64,000 bases of DNA from IMG/VR virus record IMGVR_UViG_3300030044_000012; one strand, 5' to 3'. This DNA is from an uncultured virus (IMG/VR IMGVR_UViG_3300030044_000012). Taxonomy: Duplodnaviria; Heunggongvirae; Uroviricota; Caudoviricetes. Positions 21,834-30,164 of this stretch are shown piece by piece. The first letter of the stretch is position 1. Each line of letters begins with the position of its first letter. Under the pieces are notes generated by a model. The model worked only from the letters and a program-made list of their open reading frames with translations. It had not been told where the DNA came from and ran no database searches. Both the position numbers and the translations under genes were made by a program.

Positions 21834-22252
21834 GATGCGTCTCCTAAAATTACTCCAAAGGTGTGCCTCTCGGCCAAAGACTCTAAGGGCTGGCATGGTC
21901 GTCTCAGTACAGGGGTAAGGATGTCTTAATTCCCCGTTCCCAATCAGACCCACAGTTCCTCTCGTAATGTGTGGGCAAAACCATGTCTTGCTACTAGTTT
22001 GCCAAGTTGGCCGATGTAGGAGGATACTGACCCCGTTACCGGGGGGCTAAAGCCTACTGTCGAACCACTCAGGTACTCCATTCACATTCCCTGCGGTTAT
22101 ACGCTGGACTTTAGTGCATCCCCAAAACATTGTCCAGACCCTTGGCCTCGGTCGCGCTAGACCTACTACCCTCCGCTCGTCACTCCTTAGAAGATGGGAT
22201 TCTAACCCGACCTCCCTTTGGAACTTGTGTGGCCGAATGTCAGGCCACGAAG

Positions 22253-22325
22253 CTGGAACGGAAGGACTCGAACCTTCAACCTTGGGATTCAGAATCCCCT
22301 GCACTGCCAATTGTGCTACGTTCCA
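22253..22325 (-). tRNA. tRNA-Gln(CUG), CCA not encoded
   Basis: Acceptor TGGAACG/CGTTCCA and loop TT-CTG-AA. Confidence 0.88.
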
Positions 22326-22331
22326 AAAACT

Positions 22332-22408
22332 TGGTACCTCAGAGTGGATTCGAACCACTGAATGCGGCCTTATGAGAGCCGTGTCTTAGACCACTTGACG
22401 ACTGAGGC
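22332..22408 (-). tRNA. tRNA-Met/Ile2(CAU)
   Basis: Loop CT-CAT-AA and CCA end. Confidence 0.88.
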
Positions 22409-22745
22409 ATCTTTCTTTGTGGTGCCGACGTAAATGGCAGTTCGCACAAAGCATGATACACTTTTCAATTTCCACAATCAGTCTGGTGAGTGACCAACCA
22501 AGAACCCGACTGTCTGATACATTGGAATCCTTATCCCCTTGATGATGAAACTGGAGTACCACAATGTCGGTCTCCCCACAATCGAGGCAAGGATGTGATT
22601 CCTTGTACGTTTTGATGTATGCCCGGTTCCTCACCGTTGCAACTTCCGTGGTGTACTTCTTAGCCCTTGCCTTAACAGCTTCCTTGTTTGCTTCGTAATG
22701 GCGTTTCGCTGACCTAGCTTGTGCTTCTTTGTTCCTGTTACTCAT
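22386..22745 (-). CDS. HNH endonuclease (homing-type) ending inside a tRNA
   Basis: CLDCGE...LQFHH...LCANCH motifs. Probable start MSNRNK. Confidence 0.8.
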   Translation of the reverse strand: MSNRNKEAQARSAKRHYEANKEAVKARAKKYTTEVATVRNRAYIKTYKESHPCLDCGETDIVVLQFHHQGDKDSNVSDSRVLGWSLTRLIVEIEKCIMLCANCHLRRHHKERCLSRQVV

Positions 22746-22788
22746 ACAATAGACCTCTATGTATGAGTTAGGAAGTCGAATTTTAAAT

Positions 22789-22898
22789 TGGCTCGGGGGA
22801 CGAGATTCGAACTCGTGATAACCTCCAGCTTCGACTTCCCGGCGCATCCGGTCGGCCTTTATTACGCTGGCGCTTTGCCACGCCTAAGCTATCCCCTG
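22789..22898 (-). ncRNA. tRNA-like RNA with a 36-nt expanded anticodon loop
   Basis: D arm, CCAGC/GCTGG stem, ACGAG-TTCGAAT-CTCGT and CCA. The acceptor is only partly paired. Confidence 0.6.
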
Positions 22899-23294
22899 TA
22901 CTCAAGGGTCAATCTAATGTCTGTTCCGGCGATGTTTGGCACGAAAGGGACAATATATTAACTCTTCATTGAAAGTGAAGTAACCGTGGCGTACACCGCG
23001 ATGAGTAAATTGTCAAAGAACAAACTAACTCGGGCCTGAGCCCCTAAACTTCCACTTCTTCAACTTCGCTGGAGCCACATGCAGGGCATGTAATCCAGAA
23101 CTTCGTGTCGGGATGGTAAGCATCGCCAACCGCAATCTTTGCACTTGACCTGCTCTTCCATCACGTCATCCATGAGTGCAGTCCTTAATGTGGCTTGACC
23201 CATAGGGGCCACTAACACGAACCCACCCTCTTCCATAACAACGCTTGCAAAATAAGGAAGCAAACCAACGTCGAATCATTACATCTCCCAAACT

Positions 23295-23347
23295 TGGGGA
23301 GGGTTGATTTTCGCCAAGGTTATGACCCTTGTAGCGGACAACCCTCC
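23295..23347 (-). ncRNA. armless tRNA-like RNA with CAT loop
   Basis: GGAGGGTTG/CAACCCTCC plus CCA, and CAAGG-GTCATAA-CCTTG. Confidence 0.5.
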
Positions 23348-23457
23348 TTTGCCGCCTTCCGCGTTACCAGATGCACGACAAACTCAGCGGACGTGGGAAG
23401 CTGTTTCCCTTCTAAGTAGGACTTACTCACACGGCCTACACGTCCTAAACTATGTTA

Positions 23458-23548
23458 TGGCTCCGAGGGTAGGATTCGAACCTACAGGGAAGGATAAACC
23501 AACACGCATTAACAGTGCGTTCCGTTGCCAATTACGGTTTACCTCGGA
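23458..23548 (-). tRNA. tRNA-Asn(GUU) with 18-nt variable region
   Basis: Loop CT-GTT-AA, G73, CCA end. Confidence 0.85.
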
Positions 23549-23555
23549 ACAACTT

Positions 23556-23630
23556 TGGCTCACTCGGAGAGATTCGAACTCCCGACCCGCTGGTTAACGG
23601 CCAGCCGCTCTGCCACTGAGCTACGAGTGA
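23556..23630 (-). tRNA. tRNA-Asn(GUU) with C33
   Basis: Loop CC-GTT-AA and CCA end. Confidence 0.88.
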
Positions 23631-23650
23631 ACAACTTGTACATCTAAACT

Positions 23651-23739
23651 TGGCTCAAGGGAAGAGACTCGAACTCTCAGAGGGCTTTCACCCACTTGCT
23701 TAACAGGCAAGTACGCTACCAGTTACGTTTTACCCTTGA
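23651..23739 (-). tRNA. tRNA-Asn(GUU) with long variable arm
   Basis: V-arm GGGT-GAAA-GCCC and CCA end. Confidence 0.86.
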
Positions 23740-23761
23740 ACAACTTGTGCTTCTAAACCTT

Positions 23762-23836
23762 TGGCAGGGGCGGAGGGATTCGAACCCCCAAGTTCGGTTT
23801 TGGAGACCGACAGTTTGCCGTTGAGCTTACGCCCCT
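23762..23836 (-). tRNA. tRNA-Trp(CCA)
   Basis: Loop CT-CCA-AA, G73, CCA end. Confidence 0.9.
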
Positions 23837-23842
23837 GTAACT

Positions 23843-23949
23843 TAGACGACGGGCGTCCTTCCGTTGAACGACGCGATGCTCTATGCATCTGGTAGAGGAC
23901 TTACTAACGGCCTTGACCAGATGGGATTCGAACCCATACAGCCCGTCTA
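23843..23949 (-). ncRNA. circularly permuted tRNA-like RNA (YrlA-like order)
   Basis: T arm precedes D arm, closed by GACGGGC/GCCCGTC. Confidence 0.5.
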
Positions 23950-23967
23950 CTTGTTGGGCAAACTTCT

Positions 23968-24041
23968 TGCCCGAATAGTAGGACTCGAACCTACACTGTG
24001 TCTCGTTCGTAGCGAGATTGACTATCCATTGCCGATGGGGC
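23968..24041 (-). pseudogene. degenerate tRNA-Arg(ACG)
   Basis: Intact anticodon and T arms. Broken acceptor stem and no CCA. Confidence 0.6.
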
Positions 24042-24271
24042 CACATGTCACCGTTCGATTACTTTTCGGCATGTCACCGAACGGGTACAAACTTGAGCCG
24101 GGGCTTACCCGGAACAGCGGACTTACTCCGACCGCCGCCCGTGGGCTCGGTCACTGCGTCTGCCAGAGGATTTACTCACTCGACCTCTGCTACACTTCGA
24201 AAGAGGCAACATATTACCTATTACACGGTCAAATCGCACATAACCGGCAATATGTTGCCTTTTATCCAACT

Positions 24272-24360
24272 TGGTGTACCCGGAGGGACTCGAACCCCCG
24301 TGGAGAACTTTCGTTCAACAGATTCGTAGTCTGGTGCCTCATCCGCTAGGCTACGGGTAC
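24272..24360 (-). tRNA. tRNA-Arg(ACG) with long variable arm
   Basis: V-arm GAAC-GAAA-GTTC and CCA end. Confidence 0.88.
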
Positions 24361-24452
24361 ATGGTGAAACTAAATCCGCCCCCTTTGCCATTTGTTGTCG
24401 CGAACAACGCCGCTTACGCGGGAACCGATTTGAACGGTCTCAGGGATGGTAC

Positions 24453-24528
24453 TGGGGCACCCGGTGAGAATCGAACTCACGACCTACTCCTTCGGAGGGA
24501 GCCGCTCTATCCACTGAGCTACGGGTGC
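24453..24528 (-). tRNA. tRNA-Arg(CCG)
   Basis: Loop CT-CCG-AA and CCA end. Confidence 0.92.
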
Positions 24529-24757
24529 AAAACTTAAGCCGGGTCTCTCCAGCCGGGGGTCACTCCACTTCGACTTGCCATTCAACCTAACTTCGGACAT
24601 CCCGAAGGTCTATTGACTGTCTTCACCGCCGAGTGGCGGAACGTCACGCAAGGTGTCGCGTTCTCGACGTAGATTCTAGCGGTGGATTTCCTTCAGGGTT
24701 TCCCCTTACTGGTATTACATCCCTTTCGGGTACCGCACTGTCCACGTCGAAACTTAT

Positions 24758-24833
24758 TGGGGCGGCTGGAGAGATTCGAACTCTCGACTACCTGAGCCAC
24801 AGTCAGGCGTTCTACCGCTGAACTACAGCCGCC
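24758..24833 (-). tRNA. tRNA-His(GUG), G-1 encoded
   Basis: Loop CT-GTG-GC, G-1:C73 pair, CCA end. Confidence 0.92.
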
Positions 24834-24847
24834 ATAAAAACAAAACT

Positions 24848-24928
24848 TGGGGCGAATGGTGGGAATTGAACCCACGAGACCACGGTTTCACAGACCGGAG
24901 GCACATACCAACACTGCCGACAAACGCC
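24848..24928 (-). tRNA. tRNA-His(GUG) variant, G-1 encoded
   Basis: Loop CT-GTG-AA, two T.T acceptor mismatches, CCA end. Confidence 0.8.
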
Positions 24929-25046
24929 ATAAACTTTGGGGTCTCTCCCTCCCGTCAAGCCGACACGTCTGGCTTTCGACCTATTACGCTCATGTTGTCA
25001 AACATCATCTCGATTTGACCTGAGTCAATCGGAATATCGTACATCT

Positions 25047-25134
25047 TGGCAGGGGTGGAGGGGGTCGAACCCTCAGTGAGCGTTACGCTCGGCGGTTTTG
25101 GAGACCGCTGCATTTCCAACAATGCTTCACCCCT
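25047..25134 (-). tRNA. tRNA-Trp(CCA) with long variable arm
   Basis: V-arm GAGCG-TAA-CGCTC, G73, CCA end. Confidence 0.88.
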
Positions 25135-25166
25135 AAAAACAAAAAGCCCTAGCCGGTGGCTAGGGT
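25135..25166 (-). terminator. attenuator terminator 1
   Basis: ACCCTAGCC-ACC-GGCTAGGGC plus TTTTTGTTTTT, abutting tRNA-Trp. Confidence 0.88.
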
Positions 25167-25195
25167 CATGTGAATCCAATCTGGCGGCTTAGGAG

Positions 25196-25297
25196 TTAAT
25201 CATCCCAACCCTCCACGACGGAGCACAGACCCATAGCATGGCGCTGATTTCGCTTTTGCCACTGGTGCCGCATCGGATTGGACTGTTTCATCGTCAT
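25196..25297 (-). CDS. attenuator leader peptide 1 (MTMKQSNPMRHQWQKRNQRHAMGLCSVVEGWDD)
   Basis: TAAGGA SD. Codons match the downstream tRNA set. The 3' half forms the antiterminator. Confidence 0.82.
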   Translation of the reverse strand: MTMKQSNPMRHQWQKRNQRHAMGLCSVVEGWDD

Positions 25298-25466
25298 GGT
25301 GATTCCTTATGCGAGGCGTCTTCACAACCTCACTTACTTATAGTACCCGAAGTCGAGATATTTACAACACTATTTTTTGATTTATTTTCGAAAATCTGTG
25401 GAAAACCCTAAATTTGACAATTTCAGCCATTTCCGTTAAAACTCTTCTTGCGTCGAAAGGAGCGTC

Positions 25467-25859
25467 ATGCCTACCGCCACATACCAATGTGACAAGTGCG
25501 ACCATCAGCCATTCAAGGCCCCCACTGCTCTTGGGAGGCACAAACTATCAGCCCACGGAATTCCCGGCAACTCTTCTTCATCAATTGCCTACCGCAAGGC
25601 CAAGGAGGCTAATGCCCTTACTTCAAAAAGATCACTCGCAGCAACGAAACCCCCGCAAACGCATCAAGCTACAAATCGTCTCCCGAAACCCGAGAGCCAC
25701 CAAGCTGGCTACCAAAACCAAATCCCCGAAGGTGCCCTCGCCGTTGCCTTCGGGCGCTTCCAAGAACTTTGCCGCAGCTTTGCATTTGAATATGACTTAC
25801 CTCCAAAGCTGTTTACCTCCCGGCTCTCTCAACTTATATCAGCCTCGGCGGTACGGTAA
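25467..25859 (+). CDS. C2H2 zinc-finger protein, divergent from leader 1
   Basis: CDKC...F.....LGRH...AH motif, AAGGAG SD, TTGACA at 25414. Confidence 0.75.
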   Translation: MPTATYQCDKCDHQPFKAPTALGRHKLSAHGIPGNSSSSIAYRKAKEANALTSKRSLAATKPPQTHQATNRLPKPESHQAGYQNQIPEGALAVAFGRFQELCRSFAFEYDLPPKLFTSRLSQLISASAVR

Positions 25860-26336
25860 CCGTCTTGGGGTTCCCTGCGTGTGTCAGCAGTGTGGCGACC
25901 GGCCACCCAACTACATTCGACCTTGGAATCGTTGGCGGTGGATGAACTTTCACATGTTCGTTCGTCATACGCTTAAGCAGGTTCCGATGGTGACGGACTA
26001 ACCGCGTACCTGAGTGCTTCAAGCACTTGTTCTGCGAGGGTCTTATCGGCACCGTCGATACTTGATGTGTGTCTTCCGTACCTATCTGGGGCGGTAAGTT
26101 CTACGTAAGCAGAACCCCGCTCCACTGTAATGGAGATGTTGCAGTCATCGGGTAGGTCTCGGGCTGCTTCTTGAATGGCATCCTGCAACGTGGGTGCGGT
26201 TGCCCTCAACTCAACCCGCCCACCGAGACAGAGAGCTTCAACCTGTCTATCTACGAAGTCTCGTTTAAGGGCATCTTCCAGACTGGAGTAGTCACACTCC
26301 CACATCTCTTGAGACACTGAATCACGTAGCTCCATG

Positions 26337-26603
26337 CTAACCTCGTTTCCAGTTGTGAAGCTCTTTACCCACATGGGGTCGTTTCTGAATCCACGCTATC
26401 CAAGTTTGAACATCTGGATGCGCCTTGAGTAAATCAATCGTGTTGAACTCGCGTTCTAACTGCTTCTCAGTGAAGAGCCGGTGAATCTGGCTATGACAGG
26501 GGCGACAAATCCACTCCGTCTTATTGCGGTCGATACCCAGTTCCCGCTTCACTTTTTTGTTATGACGCGCCTTCGGGATGATGTGGTGCCTCGTCAGCCT
26601 CAA
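26337..26603 (-). CDS. small HNH-like protein (YisB-like)
   Basis: LTRHHIIP...ICRPCHSQIH motif. Confidence 0.7.
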   Translation of the reverse strand: MRLTRHHIIPKARHNKKVKRELGIDRNKTEWICRPCHSQIHRLFTEKQLEREFNTIDLLKAHPDVQTWIAWIQKRPHVGKELHNWKRG

Positions 26604-26927
26604 CTCATCCCGTTCGCATACTTAAGTCCCTACTTACCTTCGGGGCGTTTGTCCAAACCTTTTTCGGCGAGAACTTCCGCCACGTCGTCAACATGCAAGC
26701 AATCACACATACAGGCGTAGTCATTCGGTGGCTGAATCGCGGCGATATTGCCATTGCAGTAGTCGTTCCCCGGCGTCGCGCTATGCAGAACACCGAAAGA
26801 CACTACCTTTCCGTCCTGTAGCTTGATGATCTTGTCGCCATTCTTTGCTTCACGTCCATTGCGATAGTGCATGTCATTCTCCTTTGCTCCCGAGGGAGTC
26901 AAATAGTTTGCATATTCCTGTCATGGC

Positions 26928-27452
26928 TTAGTCGTGACTGTATCCTTCAGTTTCAATCTTGACGCCATTATCCTTCTTGGTAACGATGACGCTAACGTGG
27001 TCACCGAACATGGCCTCGTAATCGTCGCTGCAAAAAAGGCCAAGGAATTCACCGAGGGCCTTATGAGCCGCGTGCTTCGAACTCTCTTCCTCGGTGACCT
27101 GCCTCTTGACCCACTTATACTTCGTCTGTTTGACAGTCCGACCACGCCAGTCGGTTACTTCTTCCTCCCCATCACACACCCGGTCAGAGTCCCTGAAGTG
27201 GTATTCATTCAAATCCTCTTCATCACCAAACTGGATGTAGGGATCATCGGTGTGTGCGCTGAAAGTACACGCATCGCCATCATTGAAATACGGAGTGTAC
27301 TGCGTCCAACTGAAGGCCACCAACTTTGGGTGCTCTTCAAAAATGGTTTCAACGGCCTCTTTGAAAAGCCGCTTGCCAGTATCCTTGATTTCCTTCTCAA
27401 GCTCCTCACGCCGCTTGCGGAAGGACTTTAACTGCTCAATTGCGTCTGCCAC
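26928..27452 (-). CDS. conserved phage protein
   Basis: WTQYTPYFNDGDAC.F motif. Confidence 0.7.
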   Translation of the reverse strand: MADAIEQLKSFRKRREELEKEIKDTGKRLFKEAVETIFEEHPKLVAFSWTQYTPYFNDGDACTFSAHTDDPYIQFGDEEDLNEYHFRDSDRVCDGEEEVTDWRGRTVKQTKYKWVKRQVTEEESSKHAAHKALGEFLGLFCSDDYEAMFGDHVSVIVTKKDNGVKIETEGYSHD

Positions 27453-27453
27453 C

Positions 27454-27843
27454 CTAGACCTCTTTCCTGATCGGTTTGTGTTTTACAACTTTTGCAAAAG
27501 ATGGTGGGGCTCCCATGCCTTTGACCATCCATTCCTTCATATCTATTTCTTGAAGGAAGTCCTGTGCCGAGGGGATGTATCGGCCACCGTAGTCTTCTAA
27601 TACGTGCTGCTCGCCAACATCACGAACAGAAACTAATCGACCATCGCTGTTTGTAATGTTGTGCCCGAAAATCTTCTCCAGAATCACAGAGAGAAACCAA
27701 GCATTGTGAGTTAGGGCTCGATGGCGACTATCTGCTATTTGTCCTTTTGAAGAATCAAGCAAGTCATGGATGGGGAGGTAGTCTTCCGGTTTACCTCCCC
27801 ACTTCTTTACAGAAGATTGGGCATGGATGTAGGGCTTAGCCAT
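27454..27843 (-). CDS. DUF6915-like protein
   Basis: HA.SS.KKWGG..EDY..IH...DSSK...D.RHRALTH motif. Confidence 0.75.
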   Translation of the reverse strand: MAKPYIHAQSSVKKWGGKPEDYLPIHDLLDSSKGQIADSRHRALTHNAWFLSVILEKIFGHNITNSDGRLVSVRDVGEQHVLEDYGGRYIPSAQDFLQEIDMKEWMVKGMGAPPSFAKVVKHKPIRKEV

Positions 27844-28010
27844 TATCCCTCATGTTTCAACTTAAAAACCTGCTTCGCCACATCGCTGATGACGCTGCCG
27901 CAGTCGGGGCAATATTTCGTGATAAACAACCGCGACACACGAGCCACTGGGACCACGATGTGATGGCAGCTAGAGCAACGTTCATGTACACAACCAGTGG
28001 TACGCATGGT

Positions 28011-28670
28011 TTACTTCCAGCGGGTAGGGTTGTAGTCAGCGGCGTCCCGTTCTTTCTGCTTTGCTTCTTCAGCTATCTTAGCCATTTCAAAATCAGCAAC
28101 CGCCTTTTTGAACATACGATTGGAGATTGACTGCAAGGATTCAGCAATCTGAGTGTAGATGGTGCGAAACACCCTGCGGACAGGGTCATTGATGAGTGTC
28201 CACAGACCGGAGAACGGCCAATAGGTCATCCACATCATGATGTCACTTTTATGTGACCCAGCCTGTGGGGGTAGTTGGTACCCGTGTTCAAATGTTTCTT
28301 TGAACCTCAAAGCTTGTTCCGGGGTCTCAATAGCTTTGAGTCCTTGATGCTGAAGCCAGACGGTTTTCTTCTCGTTGTGCTTTTCAAGCTCCCGGTTGAC
28401 GTAAAGGAACCATTTGATGATGCCCCAGACTGTGCCAATGACGAAGTAGCTGACAATCAGCCCCATAGTTTTTCCCTCATTGTCAGTAACCCAATGAAGG
28501 GCTTCCCGGAAATCAGCCCCGGTCAAAACGATGAGAGTTGCGATGAGAGTGAGGAAGGCAAAGAACCCCTTACTGTTCTCTACCAAGGCAGTGATGATTA
28601 TGATGGCCGCGATGAAGATGACCCATCCCCACAACGTGCCAAACGCTAATGCTGCAAAGAGTGTAAACAT
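28011..28670 (-). CDS. membrane protein
   Basis: Several hydrophobic segments and a WMTYWPFS motif. Confidence 0.7.
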   Translation of the reverse strand: MFTLFAALAFGTLWGWVIFIAAIIIITALVENSKGFFAFLTLIATLIVLTGADFREALHWVTDNEGKTMGLIVSYFVIGTVWGIIKWFLYVNRELEKHNEKKTVWLQHQGLKAIETPEQALRFKETFEHGYQLPPQAGSHKSDIMMWMTYWPFSGLWTLINDPVRRVFRTIYTQIAESLQSISNRMFKKAVADFEMAKIAEEAKQKERDAADYNPTRWK

Positions 28671-30164
28671 AGTTACCAACTCACTTTCAAAATAACGTCG
28701 GTAGTCCAGTAAGGCTCCGAGGAGCCACACTCACCCCCGCTGTTCATGTACGCTGCTGTTTCATCAACCTCGTACGAAGTTGTCGTCAAGATAGCCGTGT
28801 AGCCATCCCTCTTCAAACGTCGGATGACCAACTTCATGTCATTCTTATATTCAAAGAGGTTCTCGTAGGATTTGAGGCTTGAATAGTTCTGAATGCCAAT
28901 TCGACACTCAGTCTTTCCATTCCTCACGGCATAGTTTATGTTTGCGTGGACTTCCGCTTCAAAGTCCTCTCTCCACTTCTTGCGCTTGGTGTGTTCAAGA
29001 GCCTTCTTCTCAGCGGCCTGTTTTGCCTTCGCAGCGCGTTCCGCACATGCCACGATTGGCGCGTTTTCCTCCGCCAATTTCCGTGCTTCCGTCGCCTTCA
29101 TTTATTCTCCTCGACTGGCTTGTACAGCTTCCTGACAGTTACAGATGAGTCTTTTGCAAGAAGATCAGCAGCATCATCGGCCTTACGTAGAGTATCGAAC
29201 GATGCAGTTGTTGTACTGGAAGACACACCAGCGATTCCGCCTCGCCGATAAGACCCGTACCCCACTTCAATTTGGTGATACATTGTTACGGTTGTGGTAA
29301 TCAGAAGCTGATAGCTCATTCGACTACCTCAATCGTGACTCGAATCTGTCTACCAGCAAACTCACGAGCGATGCTGTGGGCTGGTGACTTTCTTTTGTCC
29401 CAGTCTTCATGGGATTGCAGGACGACGTTGAAAGCTCGATCAACCTGAGGGTCGGACAAGTGGTAGCGCAAAGTGAAACCATTGTCCTCCCTCGAATATT
29501 TGATGGGCTCCCGGCTTAACAGCACAATCTTTGGTGGAGCTACCGTTTCACTCAAGGCTAATCTCCCGCCGTTGCTGCTTTTGAAGATTCCCAATCCAAC
29601 ACCACATCTTCCTTGTGAAGAGGCTGTGTGACCCTCCACGAATTGGTATTGGTGATGATGCGGTCCCAATTGTTGCACCGCATGTTGCTGAGAAGGATTG
29701 AATCATCCTTGGTTGCACGGGCTTCGACCTCGGCAAACGTCTCCACCTTGCCACCGAGATAGTACGTGGGGCTGGTTGCCGACACTTTGGAATCAAGGTC
29801 TTCAGAGTTACGAGAACGGGTGGTGAAGTAGAAAGCAAACGGTGTGGCATTATGCCGCTCCTTGATGCCACGAGCCATCTGTTTCGCCTTCTCTACATCC
29901 CACGAATCAATCTCTTTCGAGGTCTCTTCATGGGAAAAAGTACCGGGGCTGAGAAACGTCACAAAGTGTTTTTTCATGTTTAGTGCCACCATCCAAACCA
30001 AATCCCCCAACCATGAACAACAGCGATGGGGAAGAAGATTGCACCCGCAATAAGAAACCCCCACAGATGCTCATTGAAGCATGTGTAAATGTGCTGACAC
30101 CATCCAGCAAAGGTAACGGCAAAGATTGCCAGAGTAAACAGGCAACCACCGATAGATGCGTTTC

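Noticed and set aside
24534..24700. RNase P RNA (ACCCGGCTTA and GAAGGAAATCC resemble P4 strands)
   Set aside because: The two segments do not pair into P4 and other conserved regions are missing.
13947..25179. ORF-track entries overlapping tRNAs and most plus-strand shadow ORFs
   Set aside because: They are explained by tRNA genes or antisense frames and carry no motifs.
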